Shown: positions 10,856 to 20,771 of the stretch, piece after piece
Layout of the letters: each line of letters opens with the position of its first letter
Numbering within the stretch: the first letter of the stretch is position 1
Source of the DNA: an uncultured Chlamydiae bacterium
Lineage (GTDB): Bacteria > Chlamydiota > Chlamydiia > Chlamydiales > JAJFMA01
NCBI GenBank assembly: GCA_963713615.1
Contig: CAVQMM010000001.1
Location: 2,336,001-2,400,000 of the forward strand
DNA: 64,000 bases
Direction: 5' to 3'
Made by a program: the position numbers and the translations under genes
The notes under the pieces: model-generated
What the model saw: only the letters and a program-made list of their open reading frames with translations
What the model was told of the DNA's origin: nothing
The model's database searches: none

Positions 10856-11437
10856 TCAATGACTACTCTCCAACAACATTAGAAATTCTCGACGATCGAT
10901 AGCGGAATCTGGAATGCTTCCATTGCGAAAACTTCCTTTTTCAAGTCGCTTGTACCAGACGGCATGACCATTACCATCCCAGTAAAAGACCTTCACTAGA
11001 TTTCTACGACGATTTAAAAAAACGAAGTAGGCCCCGCAGGTAAATTCGCCCGAGAACGAACTGTCAACAAGATTGCTCAAGCACTCAAATCCCTTTCGCA
11101 TATCGATCGGCTCTTGATAGAGAAAGACACCCTTGTTTTTCTGATATGACGACCTCAGAGTTTTGCTCGCAGACTTTAGGGTTAGATAGACGCTCTTCTG
11201 ATCAAGCGAAAGCTTGAGCTCGGGCAGGGTAATGTCTATCCAACCCGTCGAGGAAATGTGGTCGGGCGGGCTAACTTTAAAGCGTTGGTACCAGTACAAG
11301 AGCTGCTGGTAGCTTATATTGTTCTCTAGGCACCACCTGCGGCCACTCTGACCGCTCGCCATCCATTGGTCTATGCGTCGAGCCCACTCAGAACGCTTCC
11401 TTTTGAAATCCATTAGTATCTCCATGGTTAGGGTCAT
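10856..11437 (-). CDS. IS66 accessory proteins TnpA and TnpB in one frame
   Basis: N-terminal SGQSGRRWC..YW HTH segment joined to IDMRKGF..FLNRRR..YWDGNG..KRLEKG. Confidence 0.75.
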   Translation of the reverse strand: MTLTMEILMDFKRKRSEWARRIDQWMASGQSGRRWCLENNISYQQLLYWYQRFKVSPPDHISSTGWIDITLPELKLSLDQKSVYLTLKSASKTLRSSYQKNKGVFLYQEPIDMRKGFECLSNLVDSSFSGEFTCGAYFVFLNRRRNLVKVFYWDGNGHAVWYKRLEKGSFRNGSIPDSAIDRREFLMLLESSH

Positions 11438-11779
11438 GGAGAAAACTTAGAACCTCGCGGAATTACGAAAAAGGTGGCTTCAATTGACGCTTACCTCGCG
11501 ACCGCTTTGGATTTGGGTGAACTAGGCATTGCAAGAAACGTAACCTTTCGCTCTAGGGGTAACTGTGGGGGTTTAAGCCTCCAAAGAACGGTGCGCGATT
11601 CAATAGGCTCGCCCAAATCCAAAGCGGTCGCGAGCGACACGCACTCCAAAGCGCTACGCGCCGAGTGATGTAAGGACAAGCCTAAAGGGCCTACGGGGCG
11701 ATGCCCTGACCTTTACCTCCTTTGATCCTTTAGTCCATTCGCGTAAACTCTCCTTTTCCGTGATAAAAATATTTCACAG

Positions 11780-11809
11780 TTGACCCCATGTAAGTATTTG
11801 AGGTATAAT
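11780..11809 (+). promoter_or_regulatory. Candidate sigma70-type promoter
   Basis: TTGACC-N18-TATAAT about 50 bp upstream of the ORF at 11861. Confidence 0.45.
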
Positions 11810-11860
11810 CGTTCGCAGGTTTAAAACTGTCCCATTGATTCAAGACAAAAGAGAGGCATT

Positions 11861-12934
11861 ATGCAGTTTCCATTATCCTTATCCCCTTGGATAGAAGCAT
11901 TGAAGCCTGTGGCACAGTGTGGCGCCAACAGCCCCACCTGTTCAAATAGCTTCTGGGACAGCGTAATCACGAACTTTCTCCTTGTTCCTACGATGCCATT
12001 TGCTACCTCATCGAATACCACGTGGACGGCGACGCGCATCATGGGTGGGCTATTCTTCCCTCCGATGCTCATTCCTTCGGTGGAAGGCGTTATTCGACAC
12101 ACCTATCGCCTAGTGAATTGTTTCGGGAAATCTGAGGAACCTGTGGCGAAGGCCGCAGGGTTGTTGGATAGTGTCAAAAGCATGGTGGTAGGAGTGGGAA
12201 CGCCAGCGCAACCAGCCGCCTCTGCCTTTAGATTAGGCAGTACCTTGAGTGCCATAGGCATCAACTTAGCGGGGACAATGCTATCATCGCTCATGGTTCT
12301 CGATACCTTAAGTAAACGCATTATGGCAAACTATCCTTCGGCTGATAACTATGCTCAGTCGATCTTTCAACTATCGAAGGGTGCCGCAATAGATCAATGC
12401 AATGCGCAAGCTCTAGAAGGTGCTGCATCGATAGGATTTGGATACTCCCTGTTTGCTAAGAGCATGGAGTACCTCGGTGCAGGCGTGTACTTGTGGCCTC
12501 TTCTGAAAGGCTATAGAGATGAAGGTATCGATGCTGTGTTGGGAGAACTACCCTACTACCTGACCTTTGCGGCCTATCACGATATGCTTCCAATGGCCGT
12601 TACTATGCCGGTAGGCCTTTTTGCTCAATCTATGGGCATGGGCCTGCTGTCGTCACGCAGCTCACATGAAATTGGTAGATATCTTCTGCTTTTGAGTCCA
12701 TTGCCAATCAAGTATATGCTGAAAGGCAGCTGGAAAATGCTGACGTTCTTCATATCGATGCCGCTCATTTCTATCCCTAAAATGATATGGGAAGAAGCTA
12801 AACTTTGCAGTTTCCATGGATTTGCTATCTGGAGGGTTAACTCCCTCAAAGCATCAATGCTTAATGGAGCTGTCTTGGCTGACAGTATCGTTAAACGCGG
12901 TTGGTCCTGCGCAATGCTGCCACAGATGGCTTAA
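11861..12934 (+). CDS. Hypothetical hydrophobic/membrane protein
   Basis: 357-aa ORF with AGAGG upstream and several hydrophobic segments; no recognised motif. Confidence 0.6.
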   Translation: MQFPLSLSPWIEALKPVAQCGANSPTCSNSFWDSVITNFLLVPTMPFATSSNTTWTATRIMGGLFFPPMLIPSVEGVIRHTYRLVNCFGKSEEPVAKAAGLLDSVKSMVVGVGTPAQPAASAFRLGSTLSAIGINLAGTMLSSLMVLDTLSKRIMANYPSADNYAQSIFQLSKGAAIDQCNAQALEGAASIGFGYSLFAKSMEYLGAGVYLWPLLKGYRDEGIDAVLGELPYYLTFAAYHDMLPMAVTMPVGLFAQSMGMGLLSSRSSHEIGRYLLLLSPLPIKYMLKGSWKMLTFFISMPLISIPKMIWEEAKLCSFHGFAIWRVNSLKASMLNGAVLADSIVKRGWSCAMLPQMA

Positions 12935-13545
12935 ATCCAAGAGCAGATGGGGCAATTTTCCGCAATATGCTGCTTCGCGCGGCAATATTCCCGCGCAAAA
13001 TAGATGATTTGTAGGTGAAGCTTGTTCCATGCATCTTTTGGAAAGACTTGCTTCAAATCAGCCTCCGTCTGTTCAACACTTTTGCCGTCGCTCAAACCCC
13101 AACGTTTTGCGCAGCGATGAATATGTGTATCTACTGGAAAGGCCGGCTGACCAAACGCCTGCGCCATGACTACCGAAGCGGTCTTATGACCCACACCTGG
13201 CAAGGCTTCCAAGTCGGCGAAATTATCCGGCACCTTGCCTCCATGTTTCTCCAGAAGGATTCTAGATAGATTCCAGATCGCCCTAGACTTTGTCGAAAAT
13301 AGTCCACAGGTTTGAATGATCTCCTTAATGTCATCTATGGTCAGCTTGACCATATCAGCTGGGTTGTCCGCCCTGGCAAACAAGGCTGGCGTCACCAAAT
13401 TGACCCGTGCATCCGTACACTGTGCCGACAGTAGCACGGCGATGAGTAGCGTATAGGCGTTATGATGCTGCAGAGGAATGGGTGGAGAGGGGTAGAGTTC
13501 GTCTAGAATACCTTGTATCTTTTTTGCTTTCGCCTTTCTGTTCAT
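12931..13545 (-). CDS. nth: Endonuclease III
   Basis: LLSAQCTD, LPGVGHKTA and FPVDTHIHR motifs. Confidence 0.95.
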   Translation of the reverse strand: MNRKAKAKKIQGILDELYPSPPIPLQHHNAYTLLIAVLLSAQCTDARVNLVTPALFARADNPADMVKLTIDDIKEIIQTCGLFSTKSRAIWNLSRILLEKHGGKVPDNFADLEALPGVGHKTASVVMAQAFGQPAFPVDTHIHRCAKRWGLSDGKSVEQTEADLKQVFPKDAWNKLHLQIIYFAREYCRAKQHIAENCPICSWI

Positions 13546-14921
13546 TATTTACCCACACAGAACTTCGAAAAGATAGCCGACAAGATATCTTCAGTGATAT
13601 CAGTACCAATGATACGTCCAAGCTCACGTAAACAGTGGCGCATATCAGCGGCAACGAACTCCGGTGACACCCCTTCCTTCAGTCCCTCTATAACAGCATG
13701 GCAGGCTTGAATGGCATTTCCAAGGGCTTCATGATGGCGTACGTTAGTGATTAATACCTCTTCGCGCGATGGAGGACCATGCTCCCAGATAACACTGTCG
13801 ATAATATAGCGCAGAGCATCGAGACCGAGCTTCTCTTTCGCCGATACCGCCACAATATGGGGAAGAGGCAGATCGGGGGGTGGTTCATATCCCAGATCAC
13901 ATTTGTTCAATACGACAATAGTCCGCTCTGGGGGTACAAGCTTAAGCAATACCTCCTCAGCAGCCCCTATGGGAGCTGTGATGTCGAGGACCAGTAGGAC
14001 TAAATCCGCATCTTTGAGCGCCTGTTTAGACCGACGAATCCCCTCCTGTTCGATCATCTCATCCGACTCGCGAATACCGGCCGTATCGGTGAGTTTGATG
14101 TTCAGACCATTCAGGCGTAGATGATCTTCGACAATATCTCGCGTAGTTCCAGGAATCGGCGAGACGATGGCGCGGTCTTTATCTAACAGTGCATTCATCA
14201 AAGATGATTTGCCGACGTTAGGGCTGCCTACAAGACATAGGGAGAGCCCATCATGGAGGATACGTCCATCATGAAAGGTATCCAAAAGCTGCTGCATCAA
14301 CGAAGCGGTATCGTTGAGGTGCGCACTTATTTCGTCTAAAGAAGCAAACTCCAAGCCCTCTTCGGGAAAATCCACCCAGGCTTCAAGGATCGCCGCAGTA
14401 TCGGTAAGAGCATGCTGGAAGGAACGGATCTTCTGACTTAACGCGCCTCTGAGCTGCTGCTCAGCAGCATCCACGGCTCTCTCATTCTTGGCGGCAATGA
14501 GTTCTTGGACAGCTTCAGCCTGAGCTAAATCAAGCTTTCCGTTAACAAAGGCCTTGAAGGTAAACTCTCCAGGAAATGCAGGCCGCGCTCCAGCCTTAAG
14601 GATGACCTCGAGAACACGCCTTGATATGAGACTTCCCCCATGGCAGTGAATCTCTACCGTATCTTCACCAGTATAGGAACGCCTTCCTAGCATCACAACA
14701 GCCAGGGCATCGTCCACATGGGCGCCTTGATCGTCTACGACATGGCCAAAATGGACCGTATGGCTTTGATACGAATAGATATCTCCGGAAAACGTTTTAG
14801 CAGCAACGGCAAGAGCTTCGTTCCCCGAGATACGAATAATCGCCACACCACCCTCTCCGGGAGCTGTTGCAATGGCGGCGACGGTGTCACCAGGCTGATA
14901 GGGTCTATCAACAAATGTCAT
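13545..14921 (-). CDS. mnmE: tRNA modification GTPase MnmE
   Basis: SYTGEDTVE, GSPNVGKSS, PGTTRD, DTAGIR, NKCD and C-terminal FCVGK motifs. Confidence 0.97.
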   Translation of the reverse strand: MTFVDRPYQPGDTVAAIATAPGEGGVAIIRISGNEALAVAAKTFSGDIYSYQSHTVHFGHVVDDQGAHVDDALAVVMLGRRSYTGEDTVEIHCHGGSLISRRVLEVILKAGARPAFPGEFTFKAFVNGKLDLAQAEAVQELIAAKNERAVDAAEQQLRGALSQKIRSFQHALTDTAAILEAWVDFPEEGLEFASLDEISAHLNDTASLMQQLLDTFHDGRILHDGLSLCLVGSPNVGKSSLMNALLDKDRAIVSPIPGTTRDIVEDHLRLNGLNIKLTDTAGIRESDEMIEQEGIRRSKQALKDADLVLLVLDITAPIGAAEEVLLKLVPPERTIVVLNKCDLGYEPPPDLPLPHIVAVSAKEKLGLDALRYIIDSVIWEHGPPSREEVLITNVRHHEALGNAIQACHAVIEGLKEGVSPEFVAADMRHCLRELGRIIGTDITEDILSAIFSKFCVGK

Positions 14922-15104
14922 GGATTACAAACTCAACAATCTGAAAACGATAACTATACATCAGCAAGACAAAGGTTTTCAATTCAGTTCGTGTTCGGGT
15001 TACCCACAGATCGAGGTGCAAGAAAATCCCCGTTTTAGGTTATTGTAGCGAGCTGTGATAGTCGGGGCAATCGTGCGATTACCGCCTCGACGATATCGCA
15101 ACCA

Positions 15105-15524
15105 ATGAAAACCACATATTTAGGGATTTCTATGAGCTTAGCACCTATATCTAGTGCATTCCACGCACAAAAAAATGCTGACAACGGCAATGTCAATATT
15201 ACCGTCAGCAGCGACCTTGCATCGATGGTAGCGACGGCAGCTCCCTTTGCGGGCGCTATCCTAGCCGCTTATTCTGCTCCTTTCTTCTTTGCCGTGGCCA
15301 CTGCTGGAGGCTTTATCCTAGCCGATCAACTCGCCTTCGCTAACTATCAAATCGATAAGATCTGGCACGCTCAAACTCTGCCTGTACAAATCTTGGCAAG
15401 TCTGGCCGCTGTGGTAGCCATTTTCCTAACGCCCATTTTGTCGGCTATCTTCGCAGGTCAACGCGCCGGAGCGTGGCTGCGTGATAATGGCCCATTGGTG
15501 ACAAATCCCCACCGCTTCGGTTAA
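15105..15524 (+). CDS. Small hydrophobic protein (Inc-like)
   Basis: Two long hydrophobic stretches; true start may be 15132. Confidence 0.55.
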   Translation: MKTTYLGISMSLAPISSAFHAQKNADNGNVNITVSSDLASMVATAAPFAGAILAAYSAPFFFAVATAGGFILADQLAFANYQIDKIWHAQTLPVQILASLAAVVAIFLTPILSAIFAGQRAGAWLRDNGPLVTNPHRFG

Positions 15525-15614
15525 TGAAATCTAAATCCCATCTTTGCCTTGGCTTGATACGTCAGTGATACCCTAATAGGTATAACTGACGTTATTAACC
15601 TTGGAGAGGATGAA

Positions 15615-16121
15615 ATGGACGCTTTAAAGCAATGTAGCGAACGTGCCGCTCAGATGATCAATGCGGGCACAGCACAGATCGCAAACCTTTGGGAAAATCG
15701 AGCAGACCCCAAAGCCCAAGGTCTTATCGCCAATGCTACTTGTACTGTTTTAACTACCGGCACAGTGGCGATAGCTATTCTCTTCGCATGGGAATATATC
15801 GTGATCGGCGTTGCTGCAGGAACATTCCTCGCTGCTGTCCTAGATGATTTTGAGTGTCTCGCGGGTTATACAGAACAATTCAATACCTTCTTTGATAGCC
15901 TACGCACCGGCAGAGCACCTGTCCTACAGGCGGCCCTCGATAGCGCTATTTTGGTAGCGAGCTACTCAATGCCAGCAGTCACTGCAGGTTTAATCGGACT
16001 GCGCCTTGGTACCGCTCTCGATAAAATGATGCGTCAGGACGACATTCAGCCAGAGAATGAGGTCCAGTCAGAAATAGAGCCTAACCTCGAGCCTTTTGAC
16101 AATAATCCAACCGAAAAGTAA
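15615..16121 (+). CDS. Small hydrophobic protein (Inc-like)
   Basis: RBS GGAGAGG; two hydrophobic stretches; acidic tail. Confidence 0.6.
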   Translation: MDALKQCSERAAQMINAGTAQIANLWENRADPKAQGLIANATCTVLTTGTVAIAILFAWEYIVIGVAAGTFLAAVLDDFECLAGYTEQFNTFFDSLRTGRAPVLQAALDSAILVASYSMPAVTAGLIGLRLGTALDKMMRQDDIQPENEVQSEIEPNLEPFDNNPTEK

Positions 16122-16166
16122 AGTTGATCGTTTCGGTATAGCTATGGAACAAAGCAGAGGTTTATC

Positions 16167-16580
16167 ATGAGACACATTTTTAACATATTATTCACTTCCG
16201 TAGTAATGGTCTTAGGGATTGCAGAGATGTCGGCAACACCCATCAATGCGACGACAACAGATCTGCCTCCTCTCGCCATGGCGCGTCCCGAAAGCAGCCC
16301 TTCTAGACAGCTGGATGATCTAATTATTGTTACGGAAAAGAGTCTGGCAGACCAAAAGCAGCTCAAGCGTCAGGTGACTGACTATTTGAAAGTCAAAGCA
16401 CGCTACCTTAAGGATCAGCAAAACAAGGATAATATTGTGCAGCTGGTCAAGGCGGCGCATCAGGTGCAGCAGTCCATCGAAACACAGCGCCTATCTTATG
16501 TTTTTGATTCTGAATTATTAGAAGAGCTAAAATTCTTCTCCCAAATAGCATCAAAGAAAGGTCTTCCACCCCCTCAATAA
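16167..16580 (+). CDS. Exported helical hypothetical protein
   Basis: N-terminal signal-like segment; RBS GAGG. Confidence 0.65.
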   Translation: MRHIFNILFTSVVMVLGIAEMSATPINATTTDLPPLAMARPESSPSRQLDDLIIVTEKSLADQKQLKRQVTDYLKVKARYLKDQQNKDNIVQLVKAAHQVQQSIETQRLSYVFDSELLEELKFFSQIASKKGLPPPQ

Positions 16581-16586
16581 CGGACG

Positions 16587-16753
16587 GTATACCACACTCG
16601 GTCATAAATTTGGAATTTGGACCGCGCCAAAGCCCCACGATTCAACGATCGCAAATGGGTCCATATTTTCTAATATTGACCCATTTGCGATCGTTGAATC
16701 GCGGGAGCTTTCGCGTGGGCCCAAATCCAAATTTATGACCGAGTGTGGTATAC
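16587..16753. repeat. Palindromic element B (MITE-like)
   Basis: GTATACCACACTCGGTCATAAATTTGGA and its reverse complement at the ends; inner CGATTCAACGATCGCAAATGGGTC arms. Confidence 0.88.
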
Positions 16754-17689
16754 ATGCCTGAAGAGACTATCTACTATATCGACAGGGTCTCCAGGCAACG
16801 ATGTGTTGAGACCGTGTTTGGTGAGCGGTTTATCCGTTTACTCTACGGTAAGGGCGTTGCCAGCCAATGGTTGGGGGTTCCGTTGCGGCATCTCGCTTCG
16901 CGATCTCCACTTTTTTCGATGCTGATGGGATGGTATCAAGGGTTAGAGATGACGCGACGTAATATCCGGCCCTTCATAAAAACCCACGGAATAGACCCAG
17001 GTGAGTTTCTCAAAGAGGTGGATCAATTCACCTCTTTTGCGGATTTTTTTTGTCGCAAGCTTAAGCCTGAGGCCAGGCCCATCACACCAGACTCTGATGT
17101 CGCGGTTATCCCGACGGACGGTCGTTTCTATTTCTTCGAAGATGTGAGTCGCATCGGTCCTTTTGATATTAAGGGTCATTCCTTTGATATCGTCAAGTTA
17201 CTGCAAGATGAGGGGCTGGCCAAGCGCTATGAACAAGCAAGCATGGTACTGGGACGTTTGTGTCCATCAGATTATCACCGCTTTCATTTTGCCGCTGAGG
17301 GAGTCCCATCGGCTAGTAAACTTATCGATGGATATCTCTATTCAGTCAACCCCTTAGCGGTGAGGCAGAATGTCTGCACCTTCTGGGAAAATAAACGAAC
17401 AATCAGTGTTTTAAAATCGCCACAGTTTGGTGAGGTACTCACCATTGAGATTGGGGCCACATCGGTGGGATCTATCAACCAGACCTATGAGGCCGATAGA
17501 TTCCAAGCTAAAGGCGCTGAGAAGGGATATTTTGCGTTTGGTGGATCGGCTATTGCCCTATTATTTCCGAAAGGTCGTATAGCCTTCGATGCTGACCTCC
17601 TAGCTGCCACCAAGCAGAATATCGAAATGCGCTGCCTCTTAGGCCAATCGATGGGCCGAGCCCAACCTATCATACCACGTACAGTATAA
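16754..17689 (+). CDS. psd: Phosphatidylserine decarboxylase
   Basis: FADFFCRKLKPEARP, RLCPSDYHRFHF and KGYFAFGGS self-cleavage motif; ATG 16754 preferred. Confidence 0.93.
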   Translation: MPEETIYYIDRVSRQRCVETVFGERFIRLLYGKGVASQWLGVPLRHLASRSPLFSMLMGWYQGLEMTRRNIRPFIKTHGIDPGEFLKEVDQFTSFADFFCRKLKPEARPITPDSDVAVIPTDGRFYFFEDVSRIGPFDIKGHSFDIVKLLQDEGLAKRYEQASMVLGRLCPSDYHRFHFAAEGVPSASKLIDGYLYSVNPLAVRQNVCTFWENKRTISVLKSPQFGEVLTIEIGATSVGSINQTYEADRFQAKGAEKGYFAFGGSAIALLFPKGRIAFDADLLAATKQNIEMRCLLGQSMGRAQPIIPRTV

Positions 17690-17694
17690 CCAGT

Positions 17695-18228
17695 TCATGG
17701 ATTGTTGCAGGGACAGTGCTTAGGGGATGTGGGAGGCCTCTGAAACCATAGTGTAGCACGTTGACCAAAGTTTTGTGCCGCTAAAGCTACCTCTTCACCA
17801 GCCCACCAGCCTACAAATACACCACAGAAGGGCACAAAAAATAGCGGATCATGACGTATGTGAGCCGCGACAAACAATGTCGTCACCACATGTGCAACCC
17901 ATGGAGAAAAGGCTCTTCCGGACAGAAATTCCATGTAACCTTGACCGCATAAAGGACGCAAAGTACCCCCACTGGTATCACAGCCTTGCGTGTAGATAAA
18001 ATATCCAATGGATGAGAGGACACCTACAGCAAAGCTAATTTGAAAAAGTAAGGGAAATATCATAGCGCTGAGAATAGCCAAGGCAATACGACAGACCTTA
18101 TCTAACATCTGCAGGATTTCCTCATGCTCAGATTTCTTGCCACAACAGGTTTTGTCTGATTTGCTAATTTCCCATAACGGCATCCATTCCGGTAAGACAC
18201 GCATGAGCTCTCCCTCTCTTGACAGCAA
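17695..18228 (-). CDS. Hypothetical membrane protein
   Basis: Multiple hydrophobic segments; start may be 18204. Confidence 0.6.
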   Translation of the reverse strand: MLSREGELMRVLPEWMPLWEISKSDKTCCGKKSEHEEILQMLDKVCRIALAILSAMIFPLLFQISFAVGVLSSIGYFIYTQGCDTSGGTLRPLCGQGYMEFLSGRAFSPWVAHVVTTLFVAAHIRHDPLFFVPFCGVFVGWWAGEEVALAAQNFGQRATLWFQRPPTSPKHCPCNNP

Positions 18229-18348
18229 TTCCCACTAATTCACTCCAACCCTGGGTTGGGGTGTTATGTCACTTTTTAGCGTGAATTGCTGCTCTCTTGA
18301 TAACATTAAAAATTCATCGACACATCATTTTCGGCTAGCGAGAGTCTT

Positions 18349-19929
18349 CTATAAGTGGGCCCCATTTTCTAGCAGATATTTGATAACAAGTTCATTGGCC
18401 CCTTTGACAGCACCTGAAAGAGGACTCGGCGTTGTTTCAAGCCTCGCTTTGTTATCGATAAATAGCTTGACCACTTCCAAGCGACCGGCCAGCGCAGCCA
18501 TATACAGGGGCGAGCGACCTAGGTTATCCACAACATCGATCGGGGCTCTACTTGTTACCAAGTCCTGTACCACAGGTAGCTTGCCAGTGCTAGCAGCATA
18601 GTGAAGAGCTGTGTCTCCAAGGTTATCAGCGGCAAAGAGATCGGCATTTTTGGATAACAGGTAATCGATCATTTCTACAGTACCACGAGAGCTGCCAGCC
18701 GCTAACATCAAGGGCGTAGCTCCCTTACCATTAATCGTATTTATAGCTGCCTGACCCTGTTCGATCAAAAACTTTACGGAATCCAAGTCATTATTCGCGG
18801 CAGCTAAGTGTAAGGGAGTATTTAAGTCAGGACCCGCCCTAAGGTTAGTCTGAGCACCACTTTGCACTAACAGAGCGACTACATCGAAGTAGTTGTTTTC
18901 GGCCGCCTGATGCAGAGGAGTGACACGAGCGGCATTTCGAGTATTCACAGCAACACCCGCTAGAATTAGCTCCATGGCCATTTCAACCTGATGATTGCTC
19001 AAAGCCACGCTCAGAGGTCTATCACCATTATTGTTCGGCACGTCAAGAGCTACCCTTCTGTCCAATAAAAAATTAAAGGCATCGGAATTTCCTGTTAAAA
19101 TCGTTATCTCTATTGGGGTATTTCCCTCAAAACCTGGTTTAGTGAGGCTAGCTCCCTGAGCTATCAGCAGGGCTGCAACATCCATCTGGCCATTTCTGAA
19201 AGCTGTATTGAGAGGTGTTTCCCCTTGAGACGTCATTGCATTGACATCCGCACCATCGCGGATGAGATAGCGCAATATCTCCAGGCCCTTTCCTCCCTTG
19301 TAAGAGTTGGTGATAGCCACCTCGATGGCCGTCTCGCCCTCACGAGAACGCTGATTAGGATTGATTCCCAAGCGTAGGGCTCTGATGACTTGATCTAGGC
19401 GTCCTTCCTTAACTGCCTCGATCAACAGAGAAGCGCGAAGAATGGGATGAAACTGCGGATGCCTTTGTTGCGGGGTGAAGTGCGGTTGAAGCTGCTCCTT
19501 GATCTGCTGTTCGATAAGCTGTTGCAGCTGGTTCACTGCAGGCTTAAGCGGTACTTTTATCGTTTTTGCAGTCTTCTGGGGCGTCTGACCCTTGTTTTTA
19601 TTAATTGTCTCCTGCAGCTGCTCTAGAGTCGACTGCGTAGCCTCCTGCGTCTCTCCCTCTATGACACCCTCTGGAGGCTGATAGGGAGTGATTAAGCCCC
19701 CTTGCGCTTCGCGCAATGTCTCCATTCGATTAGGTGGTGGAAGACGCAACTCGGGCTGTGTGGCATGCACCTTTTGCTGATACTGGTTCTGATAGTAGCT
19801 ATCCACTGCCGACGGTGTTTGAATCTGATCCTGCGGCTGATCGGCTAAAAGCTCGACGGTGGTGTTTGCCCTTAAGGTTGTGATTGCTGCCAAAAAGATC
19901 AAAAAATATCGCATGATCGCCATCATCAA
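18349..19929 (-). CDS. Ankyrin-repeat protein with N-terminal signal peptide
   Basis: Repeated G.TPLH.AA units; hydrophobic N-terminus; Q/P-rich linker. Confidence 0.9.
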   Translation of the reverse strand: MMMAIMRYFLIFLAAITTLRANTTVELLADQPQDQIQTPSAVDSYYQNQYQQKVHATQPELRLPPPNRMETLREAQGGLITPYQPPEGVIEGETQEATQSTLEQLQETINKNKGQTPQKTAKTIKVPLKPAVNQLQQLIEQQIKEQLQPHFTPQQRHPQFHPILRASLLIEAVKEGRLDQVIRALRLGINPNQRSREGETAIEVAITNSYKGGKGLEILRYLIRDGADVNAMTSQGETPLNTAFRNGQMDVAALLIAQGASLTKPGFEGNTPIEITILTGNSDAFNFLLDRRVALDVPNNNGDRPLSVALSNHQVEMAMELILAGVAVNTRNAARVTPLHQAAENNYFDVVALLVQSGAQTNLRAGPDLNTPLHLAAANNDLDSVKFLIEQGQAAINTINGKGATPLMLAAGSSRGTVEMIDYLLSKNADLFAADNLGDTALHYAASTGKLPVVQDLVTSRAPIDVVDNLGRSPLYMAALAGRLEVVKLFIDNKARLETTPSPLSGAVKGANELVIKYLLENGAHL

Positions 19930-20020
19930 AAAAAACGCAGTCTATGACAAATGACTATTTTTGAGCTCGCATCGAAGCAAAAAAAAAGCTATTTTATCTT
20001 AAAACAAAGGACAATACGTC

Positions 20021-20761
20021 ATGCAACGCAAATCTCGCAATGGAGTCCAATGGCTGCAATTCGACAACCTCACCGCAGCTGGTGTCACTCACGGTGTCTT
20101 CCTTCGCCATGGAGGTGTGGGGAACGCCCCTTACGATTCTCTAAATGTAGGAACTCTAGTAGGCGATGAAACACAAACAGTTATCAACAATATCGAACGC
20201 ATCAAAGAAGTTCTTAATCTGCCCTCCCTGCACTCCTTGGCACAGGTACACGGGAAGAACATTGTTGCAGTGGACGGCCCCCTACCATCAGAATGCCAAG
20301 GAGATGCTCTATTATGCAAATCTCCAGGACAAGCTCTCATGGTCAAACACGCCGACTGCCAAGTGGCTCTCTTCTATGATCCTGTCCAAAAAGTGATCGC
20401 AGGAGCTCATTCAGGGTGGCGTGGCAGTGTTCAAAATATCTATGCCGCTGTGATCGAACGCCTAGTGGAACTAGGATGCCATCCGGAGAACTTGCTAGTA
20501 GGCATCACGCCCAGCCTAGGTCCTTGCCACGCTGAATTCCGCAACTACCGCGAAGAACTGCCGGAGAGTTTTTGGCAGCATCAGGTTAGGCCCAATTATT
20601 TTGATTTTTGGGCCATTGCAACAGATCAGCTCATCCAGTGCGGCATTATGCCAAACCATATTGAAATCGCTCATCAGTGCACTTATGCCAACAGCGCCGA
20701 CTTCTTTTCTCACCGTCGCGATAAAATCACTGGAAGACACGCCACGGTTATTATGCTATGA
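20021..20761 (+). CDS. pgeF: YfiH/PgeF-family multicopper oxidase-like protein
   Basis: SLNVG, QVHG, ADCQ, HSGWRG and FFSHRR motifs. Confidence 0.88.
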   Translation: MQRKSRNGVQWLQFDNLTAAGVTHGVFLRHGGVGNAPYDSLNVGTLVGDETQTVINNIERIKEVLNLPSLHSLAQVHGKNIVAVDGPLPSECQGDALLCKSPGQALMVKHADCQVALFYDPVQKVIAGAHSGWRGSVQNIYAAVIERLVELGCHPENLLVGITPSLGPCHAEFRNYREELPESFWQHQVRPNYFDFWAIATDQLIQCGIMPNHIEIAHQCTYANSADFFSHRRDKITGRHATVIML

Positions 20762-20771
20762 ACCTCAAATG

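Larger units (their letters stand above)
9201..11494 (-). mobile_element. IS66-family element
   Basis: 20-bp terminal inverted repeat GTAAGCGTCAATTGA(G/A)GCCA; 8-bp duplication CTCGCGAC at 9193-9200 and 11495-11502. Confidence 0.93.
7274..11665. repeat. Palindromic element A, copy 1, interrupted by IS1634 and IS66
   Basis: Pieces 7274-7295, 9179-9200 and 11495-11665 reassemble into the element seen intact at 63797-64000. Confidence 0.9.

Noticed and set aside
11474..11679. Small ORFs 11474-11668 and 11491-11679
   Set aside because: Mirror-image frames produced by the palindrome itself.
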